A DNA stretch of 48,168 nucleotides, from NCBI GenBank assembly GCA_028719205.1, contig JAQUKH010000021.1, forward strand, positions 1 to 48,168. Direction: 5' to 3'. Source of the stretch: a bacterium (GTDB taxonomy: Bacteria > JACRDZ01 > JAQUKH01). The notes under the pieces are model-generated. The model was not told where the DNA came from, did no database searches, and saw only the letters and a program-made list of their open reading frames with translations. Numbering within the stretch: position 1 is the first letter of the stretch; each line of letters begins with the position of its first letter. Below, one piece after another: positions 16,727-26,603 of the stretch. A program made the position numbers and the translations under genes.

Positions 16727-17404
16727 TTACTCCTCTTCAAACACATCCGCGAAATACGTATAAACCTCAACGCCTTTTCCCTTCCACGCGTCAGGCATAT
16801 TCCCGCCTTTTAAACTTAACTGTGATAAAAAATCTGTTTTATTCGGCAGGCTTTTCCACACCTGAGGAAGAAAGGTAGAGCTTGCCATGCCGATCTTCAG
16901 GATAACACCGTCGCGCATCGGCACTAATTTGCTTAAAAGTTCATTTGGCGAATCAAATTCCAAATCCTTAAGGCTGCTCAAAATACTTATTTCTATTTTA
17001 ATATCCTTTAATTCTTCATGCTTCACCGCGCGAAACCGCGGGTCATTTGTCGCGGCGTTCACAGCATTTTCCATAACTGCTTTATAAAGCGGCTTTATCG
17101 GCTGTAAATATCCGATACATCCGCGGAGCTTGCCGTTCAGGTTAAGCGTAACAAAACAGCCATATTCTATTTTCATTGTATGCGTTAATTCTTTTTCGTC
17201 TATTTTCGGCATACCTCCGGTTTTTAAATATTCTTCCAAAGTATTTCTTGCTAATTTTAACAGAAACTTCTTTTCTTCTTCGTTTACAATCTTCAATTCT
17301 TCCGTTTCCATCTTAACGGGCTCCTTCTCGTCGCTGCCTTTTACACAATAATAACAGGATAGCACATTTAGCACTAAAAAAACAATAAAAAATATCTTTT
17401 TCAT
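16727..17404 (-). CDS. AMMECR1-family protein (AmmeMemoRadiSam protein A) with N-terminal export signal
   Basis: 'GCFVTL...LRGCIG', 'DPRF', 'IEISILS' and 'TFLPQVW'. The N-terminus is hydrophobic and ends in VLSC. Confidence 0.85.
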   Translation of the reverse strand: MKKIFFIVFLVLNVLSCYYCVKGSDEKEPVKMETEELKIVNEEEKKFLLKLARNTLEEYLKTGGMPKIDEKELTHTMKIEYGCFVTLNLNGKLRGCIGYLQPIKPLYKAVMENAVNAATNDPRFRAVKHEELKDIKIEISILSSLKDLEFDSPNELLSKLVPMRDGVILKIGMASSTFLPQVWKSLPNKTDFLSQLSLKGGNMPDAWKGKGVEVYTYFADVFEEE

Positions 17405-17409
17405 ATTGG

Positions 17410-18678
17410 TTAAACCTCCTTAACATGAACCTTTCTTTCATAATATTTTTTATTCTTAAACAGATAATTCTGCTCAACTTTCGCGTCTTTGTAATTATGA
17501 GGATATTTATACCCTTCGCCCGCGTTTTGATTTGAAGAATGTGTGTCCTGCAAATGTATTGGAACATCCTGGACCCGTTCTTTGCTTACATCTTCCATCG
17601 CCTTCTCAATAGCCATATAACACGCGTTGCTTTTCGGCGCGCAAGCTATATAGATCGCGGCCTCCGCCAAAGGGATCCTCGCCTCGGGCATTCCGATCAT
17701 TTCACTTACCTGGTAAGCCGAGTTCGCGATGACTAACGCCATCGGGTCCGCATCCCCTACATCTTCCGCGGCACAAATAACTATCCTTCTCGCGATAAAT
17801 CTCGGATCCTCGCCCGCGCATAGCATCTTCGCCAGCCAATAAATCACCGCGTCAGGGTCCGACCCCCTCATACTTTTAATAAAAGCGGAAATCGTATTAT
17901 AATGCTCATCCCCGTCACGGTCGTATAAAACTTTTTTCCTTTGAATTGACTCTTCCGCGACTGGTAAAGAAAATATTATTACATTATTTTCGTCCGGTTC
18001 GGTTGTCAACGCCCCCAATTCCAGCGAGGATAATGCTTTACGAGCGTCGCCTTCGGACATTTTAATTAAATGCTCCATAGCCAAAGGGTCCATTTTTATC
18101 TTTAACTTGCCCAACCCCCGTTCTTTATTTTCGATCGCGTTTTTCAAAATGATACGAACATCATCATCATTTAATTTATTAAGTATAAATACCTGCGCTC
18201 TTGAAGTTAAAGCGGAAGTAATGGCAAAATTCGGATTTTCCGTAGTAAGACCTATCAAAATAATAGCACCTTCCTCAACTGACGGCAGAAGCGCGTCCTG
18301 CTGCACTTTGCTGAAACGGTGTATTTCGTCAACAAGAACTATTGTTTTTTTACTTTTCGTCTTGATCTGGTACCGGGCACCTTCAATAACTTTTCTAAGA
18401 TCATCGACCTTAGCGGTTACAGCGTTTAAAGATATAAAGTGTGATTTTGTTAAACCGGCAATTAATTTAGCCAGCGCTGTTTTACCCGATCCCGGCGGGC
18501 CCGCTAAAATTATAGATACGATACGGTCAGCCTCGATCAAACGCCTTAAGATCTTACCCTGTCCGAGAATATGATTTTGACCGACAAATTCACTTAAGGT
18601 TTTCGGCGCCATCCGCGCGGCTAAAGGCGTATTTTCTTCGACATTGCTTTTCTCTTCCTCTTCAAATAAATTTACCAT
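17410..18678 (-). CDS. rarA: replication-associated recombination AAA+ ATPase RarA/MgsA
   Basis: 'PLAARMAP', 'GPPGSGKT', 'DEIHRF', 'ISAFIKSMRGSDPDA' and 'APKSN'. Confidence 0.95.
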   Translation of the reverse strand: MVNLFEEEEKSNVEENTPLAARMAPKTLSEFVGQNHILGQGKILRRLIEADRIVSIILAGPPGSGKTALAKLIAGLTKSHFISLNAVTAKVDDLRKVIEGARYQIKTKSKKTIVLVDEIHRFSKVQQDALLPSVEEGAIILIGLTTENPNFAITSALTSRAQVFILNKLNDDDVRIILKNAIENKERGLGKLKIKMDPLAMEHLIKMSEGDARKALSSLELGALTTEPDENNVIIFSLPVAEESIQRKKVLYDRDGDEHYNTISAFIKSMRGSDPDAVIYWLAKMLCAGEDPRFIARRIVICAAEDVGDADPMALVIANSAYQVSEMIGMPEARIPLAEAAIYIACAPKSNACYMAIEKAMEDVSKERVQDVPIHLQDTHSSNQNAGEGYKYPHNYKDAKVEQNYLFKNKKYYERKVHVKEV

Positions 18679-18688
18679 AAATTTAACC

Positions 18689-19459
18689 TTACACCCTTTT
18701 TCCTAATTCCTTATATAAACCAAAATGAAAAACCGTTAACCACAGGCTTAAAACATTTGAAATAATTGTCGCGGCTAATTCTCCGAAGGCCAAAAGTGTT
18801 GTTGATTTAGAAAAAATCAATTTAAAAAAACCGGTTAATCCGATATTTATAAAAACCAGGATCCCGATCATAACCAGCATATTGCCGACAAATTTCGCTA
18901 AATCCTGTCTCACGATCTTTTTACTTGAAGATAAAGCGTCTTTTCCTGTTTTCCCTTTAAGAATTACTTCATACGGGACAAAAGAAAACCATATAAGAAA
19001 AAGCACTCCCGGCGCGAATAATAATAAACATCCCGCAAAAACAATAACCCAAACCAGAAGCTGGGCATTACATAAAGCTCCCATCTTCGGCCATACCTCT
19101 TTTGTTAGTTTAATTAATTCCAGATAATACTTTTCTTCCGGCTTTTCCCATAATTTATCCATTATTGTTACCTTCATCAGCTTATCCATTAACAAAACGA
19201 GAGCGAGTATGCCAAAAACAGTAAGCGTTAATATTCCGCCTGCAAGAATAACCTTAACTGAAAATAACAATTCCGTATTAGTTTTTAAAGAGTTATAACT
19301 CGTCCATAAGAAAGACACTAACGGAAGTATCATCACGGCAGGTATCCAGACAAAAAGGGATATCTGAAAAAGAATCACCCATCTTTTCGCGAAAAACCCC
19401 CAGGACTCCTTTATTAGCACGCTTAAATCTTTTTTTCCAATTATATCAGCCATTAACAT
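18689..19459 (-). CDS. hypothetical polytopic membrane protein
   Basis: Several hydrophobic helices. It is translationally coupled to rsmG. Confidence 0.75.
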   Translation of the reverse strand: MLMADIIGKKDLSVLIKESWGFFAKRWVILFQISLFVWIPAVMILPLVSFLWTSYNSLKTNTELLFSVKVILAGGILTLTVFGILALVLLMDKLMKVTIMDKLWEKPEEKYYLELIKLTKEVWPKMGALCNAQLLVWVIVFAGCLLLFAPGVLFLIWFSFVPYEVILKGKTGKDALSSSKKIVRQDLAKFVGNMLVMIGILVFINIGLTGFFKLIFSKSTTLLAFGELAATIISNVLSLWLTVFHFGLYKELGKRV

Positions 19460-20135
19460 TTCCTTTCACTATCTTTATTAATTTTCCTTTTTTCCCTGAA
19501 ATAAGCTCATAATCCAATATTTTATCAATGAGGCCTTTCATCTTTTTCAAATCCTTTTGGCTTTTTGCTACCTCTTCGTCTATTATTACTCCTTTTAAAG
19601 CCAAAAGGCATCCTCCGTTTTTGATAAAAGGAAATGAATGTTTCACCAAAAGTTTCAATTCTCCAACTGCTCTTATTACTACAATGTCAAACTTTTCCTG
19701 TAATTCCATTTTTTTGGATAATTCTTCCGCCCTGCCGTGAAGTATAGAAACATCTTTAATATCCAATTTTTTTAAAAGCTCTTCAAGAAAACGGATTTTT
19801 TTTCCCGTAGCTTCCATCAAAGAAACAGAAAGATCCGGACAAAATATTTTTAATGGCAATCCCGGGAAACCCGCGCCGGTACCTATATCAAGCAGCTTCG
19901 GCGCTTTCTCTTCATCCAAAACGATCTCTTTTAAACACACCAGTGAATCCAGAAAATGTTTTACAATTATATCTTCAGGAACCTTAATTGCTGTTAAATT
20001 TATTTTTTGACTCCAGTCAATTAATTCATTAACATATATTAAAACCTTTTCTTCGGATCGCGGACCGGGCTTAATCCCTAACTGCAACAAACCTTTATTT
20101 AATATATCTGATAAGCGCTGTTTACTCTCATCCAT
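19446..20135 (-). CDS. rsmG: 16S rRNA m7G527 methyltransferase
   Basis: 'INLTAI', 'KHFLDSL', 'DIGTGAGFPG', 'GRAEE' and 'RAV'. Confidence 0.95.
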   Translation of the reverse strand: MDESKQRLSDILNKGLLQLGIKPGPRSEEKVLIYVNELIDWSQKINLTAIKVPEDIIVKHFLDSLVCLKEIVLDEEKAPKLLDIGTGAGFPGLPLKIFCPDLSVSLMEATGKKIRFLEELLKKLDIKDVSILHGRAEELSKKMELQEKFDIVVIRAVGELKLLVKHSFPFIKNGGCLLALKGVIIDEEVAKSQKDLKKMKGLIDKILDYELISGKKGKLIKIVKGNVNG

Positions 20136-21244
20136 TATTTAACCACTGCCCACTTGTTCAGTTTCTTATTAAAATCAACTTTAACTCCCAGCTTTTTTAA
20201 AATATCCATGGCTGTAAAACTTAAGATATCTTCTTTACTATTTAGAAGATCATATTTAACAATATCTTTAATCGCAAGGTCTTTATCTAAACACTGCAGG
20301 GCAAGCATTGCTTCCATTACAACCTGGCCGTCTTTATTTTGCAATTCCTTACGAACCACCCCTAAGCCTTTTTTCTCACCTAATAAACACAATATCTTTG
20401 CAGATAAAACTCTAGACATAGGATCAGCGTTATCTAAAAGCTTTATAAGTCTTTTTATCGGGAATGCACCATATTTGACAATTGCTTCAACACATTTATT
20501 TCTAACCACCTCATTTTCACTTAATACTAACCGGCTCAATAAAGAATCCAAGGCCCAACCATTTTTCAGATCGCCCAGCAGCTCCGCAACTTTGCTTCGT
20601 TCCCCCCAGTAAATAGATTCATTAGTCAATCTGGCAGTTAATTTTGCAACCTCATCCTTAGACATTTCATCTATGTTAAATGTAATTGCGTTCGATTCCA
20701 AATCTCCGGTCCATGCATACATTTCCATTAACTTATCGCCATCATCACCCGACATCAAATATCCCGACATATCATTATGATAAATACACTTAAATGCATA
20801 CGGTCCTGACGCACCTAACTCTTTCCAATACCACGTATTGACAGCTAACTGTTTTTCATATTTTCCTTTTGATTTTATTTTTACAAAATCAGTTTCAGAC
20901 AATGGTGCAACCTCAGACGCAAATTCAATATTAGCATTCCCGCCATTTGGTTTAGTTATTTTAAAACTTATGTCACTTTTTACCTCTGCGCCCTGTTGTT
21001 TAATTACTGCGAATCGCTTATTAAAGATTACTTCATTTGGAGTATTATTAATAACAGTAATTCTTATATTTATTGGCTGGAAAGGTTGATATTTTTTTCT
21101 ATCCGACGCTATCTGCATTATTAACCCACTCTTAGTAGTATCATTAGCTTGCAAGTCGGAAGCTGTATCATTTGAAGCTTTTACTGTAAAAAAACAATTT
21201 ACCAAAACTAAAAAAACAATCAAAATTAAAATTCTTTTATTCAT
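20135..21244 (-). CDS. exported protein with N-terminal beta-sandwich-like domain and C-terminal HEAT/PBS repeats
   Basis: Signal peptide. Repeats such as 'RSKVAELLG', 'VRNKCVEAI' and 'SRVLSAKIL'. Confidence 0.7.
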   Translation of the reverse strand: MNKRILILIVFLVLVNCFFTVKASNDTASDLQANDTTKSGLIMQIASDRKKYQPFQPINIRITVINNTPNEVIFNKRFAVIKQQGAEVKSDISFKITKPNGGNANIEFASEVAPLSETDFVKIKSKGKYEKQLAVNTWYWKELGASGPYAFKCIYHNDMSGYLMSGDDGDKLMEMYAWTGDLESNAITFNIDEMSKDEVAKLTARLTNESIYWGERSKVAELLGDLKNGWALDSLLSRLVLSENEVVRNKCVEAIVKYGAFPIKRLIKLLDNADPMSRVLSAKILCLLGEKKGLGVVRKELQNKDGQVVMEAMLALQCLDKDLAIKDIVKYDLLNSKEDILSFTAMDILKKLGVKVDFNKKLNKWAVVK

Positions 21245-21322
21245 TTACCCCCCTCCTGAAGTTTATCATTTTATTATTAATTCATTAAAAAATCTACAAA
21301 TTACTACTTACAATTTTTGGAA

Positions 21323-21338
21323 TGTTTCACGTGGAACA
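21323..21338. other. parS centromere site
   Basis: TGTTTCACGTGGAACA, one mismatch from the TGTTTCACGTGAAACA consensus. It overlaps the mnmG stop codon. Confidence 0.9.
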
Positions 21339-23189
21339 TTTTTGATTTTTCTTTAAATGAATCATTAAAACATCTATATCTGCCGGGGTAACACCGGTTA
21401 TTCTTGATGCTTGCCCAATTGATATTGGCCTGATTTTCATTAACAATTCCTTTGCCTCACGACAAAAACTTGTTATCTTGCTATAATCAAAATTGCCAGG
21501 AATTAATTTATTTTCCAATGTTTTAAATTTGTCAATTTGCCAAAGCTGTCTATTTATATATCCTTCGTATTTGATTTGAATTTCAACCTGATTTATTATA
21601 TCGGAATTATACTTGTCTAAGTTTATCGATTTTGGATCTATTTTCTCTAATATGTGTTTTAAGCTTACTTCCGGCCTTTTTAAATATTGTAATAATGTAA
21701 CATTTTCCGGTTTGTCAGTAATATTACATTTTTTTATATCAAACTTAAGCAGTTCCTCTTTGAATTTTGCTACATTTTTTAATTTTTTCTCGAATATTTT
21801 ATAGTTTTTTTCAGAAATTAACCCAAACTTGTAACCATATCCCATTAATCTCTGATCAGTATTATCAATCCTTAACACCAATCTATATTCAGCCCTGGAA
21901 GTAAACATTCTGTATGGTTCGGATATTCCCTTGGTGACCAGATCATCAATTAAAACCCCAATATATGCCTCCGACCTGTCTAATATAAAAGGTTTATCCT
22001 TTTTTATTTTTAAAACCGCGTTAATACCAGCCATTAATCCTTGAGCTGCCGCTTCTTCATATCCCGAGGTACCATTTATCTGACCGGCTAAAAAAAGCCC
22101 TTCAATTGATTTTGTCTCCAAATTTAATTTTATCTGGTCCGGATAAACAAAATCATATTCAATCGCGTATCCGGGCCTTATTATTTCAGCATTCTCCAAC
22201 CCATCTATTGTTCGCAGGAACTTAAGTTGAACATCATATGGCAGGCTTGTGGATATACCATTCGCATAGATCTCTGATGTTTCTCTGCCTTCCGGCTCAA
22301 GAAATATTTGATGCCGCTCCTTATCCCGGAATCTAACTACTTTATCCTCTATTGACGGGCAATATCTCGGCCCTATACCCTTTATCTTGCCTGAATAAAG
22401 AGGAGATCTTTTAAGGTTACTTAAGATTATTTTGTGTGTATTCTTATTTGTGTATGTCAAAAAACATGGGACCTGCGCCTGCGGCAATTTCTTTGTAAAA
22501 TAAGAAAATGGAACAGGAGGGATATCGCCATATTGAGGTATTGTCTTTGAGAAATCGATACTTTTACTGTCAAGCCTTGGATTAGTGCCTGTTTTCAATC
22601 TTCCTAATCTTAATCCTAACCTGCTTAAGCTTTGAGAAAGACCTACTGACGGAAACTCAACCATCCTCCCGGCAGGAAAAGATGTAAGGCCGATATGGAT
22701 CAATCCGTTCAAAAAGGTTCCTGTGCAGATAATAACGGTTTTAGACTTATATACAGTGCCTATATTAGTCCTCACACCTTTTATTTTTTTACCGGAAACC
22801 ATTATCTCCTCAACTATCCCTTGTTTTATATCTAACCCTTCCTGATTTTCCAGAATCCTTGTCATTTCCAGCCGGTATTCCAGTTTGTCGGACTGCGCGC
22901 GGGGAGATTGAACCGCCGGCCCTCTGCTTTTATTCAATATCTTAAACTGAATTCCTGTTTTATCAGTAACCTTAGCCATTTCACCGCCTAAAGCATCAAT
23001 TTCTTTGACTAAATGCCCTTTAGCTAAACCGCCTATTGCAGGATTGCAAGGCATCAACGCGATACTATCAATACTTATAGTTAAAAGAAGCGTTTTTATC
23101 CCCATTCTCGAGCATGCAAGCGCGGCTTCGCATCCAGCGTGGCCGGCACCCACAATAATACAATCATAATCTTTTGTATAATTATACAT
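21327..23189 (-). CDS. mnmG: tRNA uridine-5-carboxymethylaminomethyl modification enzyme MnmG/GidA
   Basis: 'VGAGHAGCEAA', 'CNPAIGG', 'GPRYCPSIEDK', 'AGQINGTSGYEEAA' and 'EPYRMFTSRAEYR'. The start is placed at ATG 23189. Confidence 0.96.
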   Translation of the reverse strand: MYNYTKDYDCIIVGAGHAGCEAALACSRMGIKTLLLTISIDSIALMPCNPAIGGLAKGHLVKEIDALGGEMAKVTDKTGIQFKILNKSRGPAVQSPRAQSDKLEYRLEMTRILENQEGLDIKQGIVEEIMVSGKKIKGVRTNIGTVYKSKTVIICTGTFLNGLIHIGLTSFPAGRMVEFPSVGLSQSLSRLGLRLGRLKTGTNPRLDSKSIDFSKTIPQYGDIPPVPFSYFTKKLPQAQVPCFLTYTNKNTHKIILSNLKRSPLYSGKIKGIGPRYCPSIEDKVVRFRDKERHQIFLEPEGRETSEIYANGISTSLPYDVQLKFLRTIDGLENAEIIRPGYAIEYDFVYPDQIKLNLETKSIEGLFLAGQINGTSGYEEAAAQGLMAGINAVLKIKKDKPFILDRSEAYIGVLIDDLVTKGISEPYRMFTSRAEYRLVLRIDNTDQRLMGYGYKFGLISEKNYKIFEKKLKNVAKFKEELLKFDIKKCNITDKPENVTLLQYLKRPEVSLKHILEKIDPKSINLDKYNSDIINQVEIQIKYEGYINRQLWQIDKFKTLENKLIPGNFDYSKITSFCREAKELLMKIRPISIGQASRITGVTPADIDVLMIHLKKNQKCST

Positions 23190-23239
23190 AAGATATAAGG
23201 ATATCAAATTGCGGGAAAAAATCAATCTTATTTTTTTTA

Positions 23240-23268
23240 TTGACTAGCAAAGTGTTCCATGTTACGAT
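23240..23268 (+). promoter_or_regulatory. sigma70 promoter for the 15-heme cytochrome
   Basis: TTGACT-17 nt-TACGAT with an extended -10 TG. Confidence 0.55.
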
Positions 23269-23298
23269 TTGGTCTTATAAATTTGAGTTTTCCGAACA

Positions 23299-25038
23299 AT
23301 GAAAAAGTTACATTTGTTTCCTCTTATTATTTTAGTTTTATATATTTTCTCTCTTTTATTATTCCCTGTAACTGCCGAAGAATACGGCGGAGGCGGAGTA
23401 TATGGAACGAAAAGTCCAGAGGATATACTTAATCAGATGAAAAAAGAAAAAGAGGAAACTTCAGACACGGAAAATCCGGTTGAAGATACAACCGGCAGTA
23501 AAGAAAATATTGTTACACAGGAAGAGCCCGAGGCTAAACCGAAACCTTTATTTGATGAAATACCCAATCCGCATCTTGGTATTAGCTGCGAAAACTGTCA
23601 CAAACAAAAACCTATACCAAGCTCGACGGAAAAAGAAATTTATACGTTTTCAAACACATTTGAATTTGATGAAATAAGTTTATGTGAAAGCTGCCATAAA
23701 AAAGTAAATCTCCACCCAACAGGGGTGAATCCAAAGAAACTGGAAAAACCTATGACAATTCCCGATATTTTTCCCACAGGGAAATATGGAAAATCAGCAG
23801 GCACCGTTGTCTGCTCGACTTGTCATGACCTCCATGTCAGTGTAGGTAATTTTCAAATGCTCAGAGGCTTCCAAAAAACTGCGTTTGATTTCGAACCTGT
23901 TTTTGAAAATCGCGAAACTTTTTGCAAAAGCTGCCATGGAGAAAAAATAATTTCTCAAAATCCTCATAAAGGGGATCATTCTCCATGCGGGTTCTGTCAT
24001 GCGAGCGACCCTAAGATAAGCAGTAATCCCAAGCAAACCCTTCGTCAGGACGCGGAAAATATCTGTTATTTCTGCCACAATAAAATAAATTCTAAACACT
24101 ATAGTGATGCAAACCCTTACCCGGAACTAAAAAAAGAACCGGTTTGCGAGACCTGCCATGATGTTCATGGTTATTCCAAAAAAGGATATTTTGTTACTTC
24201 GGAATATGAAAGTTTAGCGACAGAATCATTAAAAACAAACCCTCATTTAAAAAACGCGTTTTGCTTAACTTGCCATACGGAAGAACCTGTGAAAGGCATT
24301 CCAAATATCCGGTTCGGCGGCAATACGATTGAGACTTGTATGCGCTGTCATAGAGATGAATTTCCATGGAGAAGCGCGGATTTTCATCCGATCAATGTCT
24401 CAGCGGATGCGCCCGGAAAACATAAACCAAAAAATCTTTCTCTGTTTGACGGTAAAATCACATGCCTTACATGCCACTACGCGGACTGCCGGGTAGAAAA
24501 TAAAAAGGAAGTTAAAAAAACTAATAAAATATTTCTTCGCGGCGGGCCGTATCAGTACCGCAGCGATATCTGTTTTGAATGCCATGAACGCGACGCATAT
24601 GTAAAATATAATGTCCATGATCAAATTGATTCCAGGGGAATCATAAGAGAGGGTGTTTGTTTATATTGTCATCGCAATCAGCCCGATAGAAAAGTCAGGG
24701 CGCAAAAACAGGATTTTAAAAATCTTATTGCTCCAATGACCGATTTATGTGTGCGCTGCCATAGAGATAAAGTCCATCCCGGCCAGAAAGATCATATAAA
24801 ACATGCATCAGTTGATATGCAAAAAAGAAAAAGCGTTTACGAAATTGAACAAAATGTTTTTCTTCCGGTGGATGAAAAAGAAAATGTAACGTGCGCTACC
24901 TGCCACAATCCTCACGAAAAAGGGATCATTCCATGGGGGGCGGGAACAAAGGGCGCGGATGAACCGGCCAAACTTCGCTTAGTGAAAAAAGACGGATTAT
25001 TATGCCAGGTTTGTCATACGGGGCAAGGGCTGAAGTAA
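23299..25038 (+). CDS. exported 15-heme cytochrome c (paralog of 44118-45599)
   Basis: Signal peptide, acidic linker and 15 CxxCH motifs counted, with NPH/HP distal-His motifs. Confidence 0.9.
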   Translation: MKKLHLFPLIILVLYIFSLLLFPVTAEEYGGGGVYGTKSPEDILNQMKKEKEETSDTENPVEDTTGSKENIVTQEEPEAKPKPLFDEIPNPHLGISCENCHKQKPIPSSTEKEIYTFSNTFEFDEISLCESCHKKVNLHPTGVNPKKLEKPMTIPDIFPTGKYGKSAGTVVCSTCHDLHVSVGNFQMLRGFQKTAFDFEPVFENRETFCKSCHGEKIISQNPHKGDHSPCGFCHASDPKISSNPKQTLRQDAENICYFCHNKINSKHYSDANPYPELKKEPVCETCHDVHGYSKKGYFVTSEYESLATESLKTNPHLKNAFCLTCHTEEPVKGIPNIRFGGNTIETCMRCHRDEFPWRSADFHPINVSADAPGKHKPKNLSLFDGKITCLTCHYADCRVENKKEVKKTNKIFLRGGPYQYRSDICFECHERDAYVKYNVHDQIDSRGIIREGVCLYCHRNQPDRKVRAQKQDFKNLIAPMTDLCVRCHRDKVHPGQKDHIKHASVDMQKRKSVYEIEQNVFLPVDEKENVTCATCHNPHEKGIIPWGAGTKGADEPAKLRLVKKDGLLCQVCHTGQGLK

Positions 25039-25144
25039 GAGGGTAATTTAATTAAGCATTGACAATTGAAAATTTGGCCTTAAAATATCATTGTAATAAA
25101 AATTTTTGAATTGTTAAAATTTAACAAAGAAAGGAGTGAAGCTA

Positions 25145-25333
25145 ATGAGCATAGGAAAATTTTTACAGGTTATATGTGTTTGGGTACAGACAATATCTTA
25201 TACGCTAGGCGGGTATTTTTGTTTAAGGAGCGGTGGAATAATGGCAATAACAGGCGCATTTTTTATTTTTATTGGAGTTGTGCATGTAATAAAAATATTT
25301 AACGGCTCGATATTAAAATTTCAATCACACTAA
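25145..25333 (+). CDS. small membrane protein (62 aa)
   Basis: AAGGAG RBS before ATG 25145 and two hydrophobic stretches. TTGACA-16-TAAAAT lies at 25059-25086. Confidence 0.55.
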   Translation: MSIGKFLQVICVWVQTISYTLGGYFCLRSGGIMAITGAFFIFIGVVHVIKIFNGSILKFQSH

Positions 25334-25343
25334 TTTTTTCTCC

Positions 25344-25373
25344 TTGACACAAGAATTATTATTGTGTTAACAT
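25344..25373 (+). promoter_or_regulatory. candidate sigma70 promoter for the cytochrome c/b operon
   Basis: TTGACA-18 nt-TAACAT with TG extension. Confidence 0.45.
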
Positions 25374-25439
25374 CGTTGCTGTTTTAATTAATCTATGGGG
25401 GATATGCTTTTTATTTATTCCTAAAGAGGGGGTGAAATC

Positions 25440-26585
25440 TTGAACAAAAATTTTTTGATTAAAAACTTTTTTGTATTATTTGCTGTAACCTTCATTTGCA
25501 CTTTTATTATTAATGAACATTCAAGTTATGCCGTGGCTGACCCTGATAACTGCATGATGTGCCATGACCATCCTGGTATTGTACGCATGGACGAAAAAGG
25601 AATAAAAAGAGATTTCTATGTTGAAGAGGATATTTTTATTACCAGATCCGTTCATGGAAATGTCAGATGCGTAGACTGCCATGATTATATTATGGAAGGA
25701 AACGAACCAAAAATTCCTCATCAGCCTTTAATTAAAGAAAAGGTCCGCTGTAATTTAGTATGCCATAGTATAATTGAACCGTCCCGCGCCGATGATCCAA
25801 GCGATAAAAAATATTTTTCTCATGAAAATGCCTATGTTGCTTATAAAGAAAGCGCTCACGGTACTGCAGACAGAGAATTACCTCAGGATAAACAAGATCC
25901 TGACGCGCCTTATTGCACCTACTGCCATGACATAAACCCGATTTATGAAAAAGTCGGCGATGTAATACCAACAGTTAATGAGGCCCAGCTAAAAAGATGC
26001 CGTGGATGTCATAAGGATGATTTTTCCGCGAGATTTTATCGCCACACAAAACATCGTTTTGACATGAAGACCAATAGAACCAAAAACCAGGTTGTCGAGC
26101 TTTGTGTTGAGTGCCATGGAAATGACGATATGATGAAAAGGCACAAACTCAGCGCGGCACCGGTTAAGGAATATAAAACTACATTCCATTATAAAATGGT
26201 TTATCACGGCGGAGAAAGATGGGCAGGCTGCACGGATTGTCATACCAAAGCTAATTATCCAATGGATCCAAATCGCCCATCAGGCGGAGATGCAGGGATA
26301 CATGAATTATTAAGCAAAAAGAATCCGAAATCAGCAGTATTTATTACAGAAGAAAGTCGTCTTAATAAAGAAAAAGATAATTTGGTAAAAACATGCAGTG
26401 TTGATGTCTGCCATCCAAAAGCTAAAGAGTCCAAATCATTTGCGCGTTCAGTCGGACATATTGCGCCGCATAATTTTATCGGGCTGTTTCTTCTGGAAGA
26501 AACCTTTTTCTGGCTTTGCTATGGAGTATTAGCTTTTGTTATTGCACTTATTACAATGGACTTAGTACGAAAAATATTAGGATAA
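25440..26585 (+). CDS. membrane-anchored multiheme cytochrome c (6 CxxCH + CxxxCH + CxxxxCH), CbcL N-domain-like
   Basis: Signal peptide; CMMCH, CVDCH, CNLVCH, CTYCH, CRGCH, CVECH, CTDCH and CSVDVCH; C-terminal TM helix. Confidence 0.88.
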   Translation: MNKNFLIKNFFVLFAVTFICTFIINEHSSYAVADPDNCMMCHDHPGIVRMDEKGIKRDFYVEEDIFITRSVHGNVRCVDCHDYIMEGNEPKIPHQPLIKEKVRCNLVCHSIIEPSRADDPSDKKYFSHENAYVAYKESAHGTADRELPQDKQDPDAPYCTYCHDINPIYEKVGDVIPTVNEAQLKRCRGCHKDDFSARFYRHTKHRFDMKTNRTKNQVVELCVECHGNDDMMKRHKLSAAPVKEYKTTFHYKMVYHGGERWAGCTDCHTKANYPMDPNRPSGGDAGIHELLSKKNPKSAVFITEESRLNKEKDNLVKTCSVDVCHPKAKESKSFARSVGHIAPHNFIGLFLLEETFFWLCYGVLAFVIALITMDLVRKILG

Positions 26586-26603
26586 TTTTATTTAGAAAGG
26601 AGC

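Noticed and set aside
23253-23268. Second parS-like sequence TGTTCCATGTTACGAT
   Set aside because: Only the left half matches. It is better explained as a promoter spacer and -10 element.
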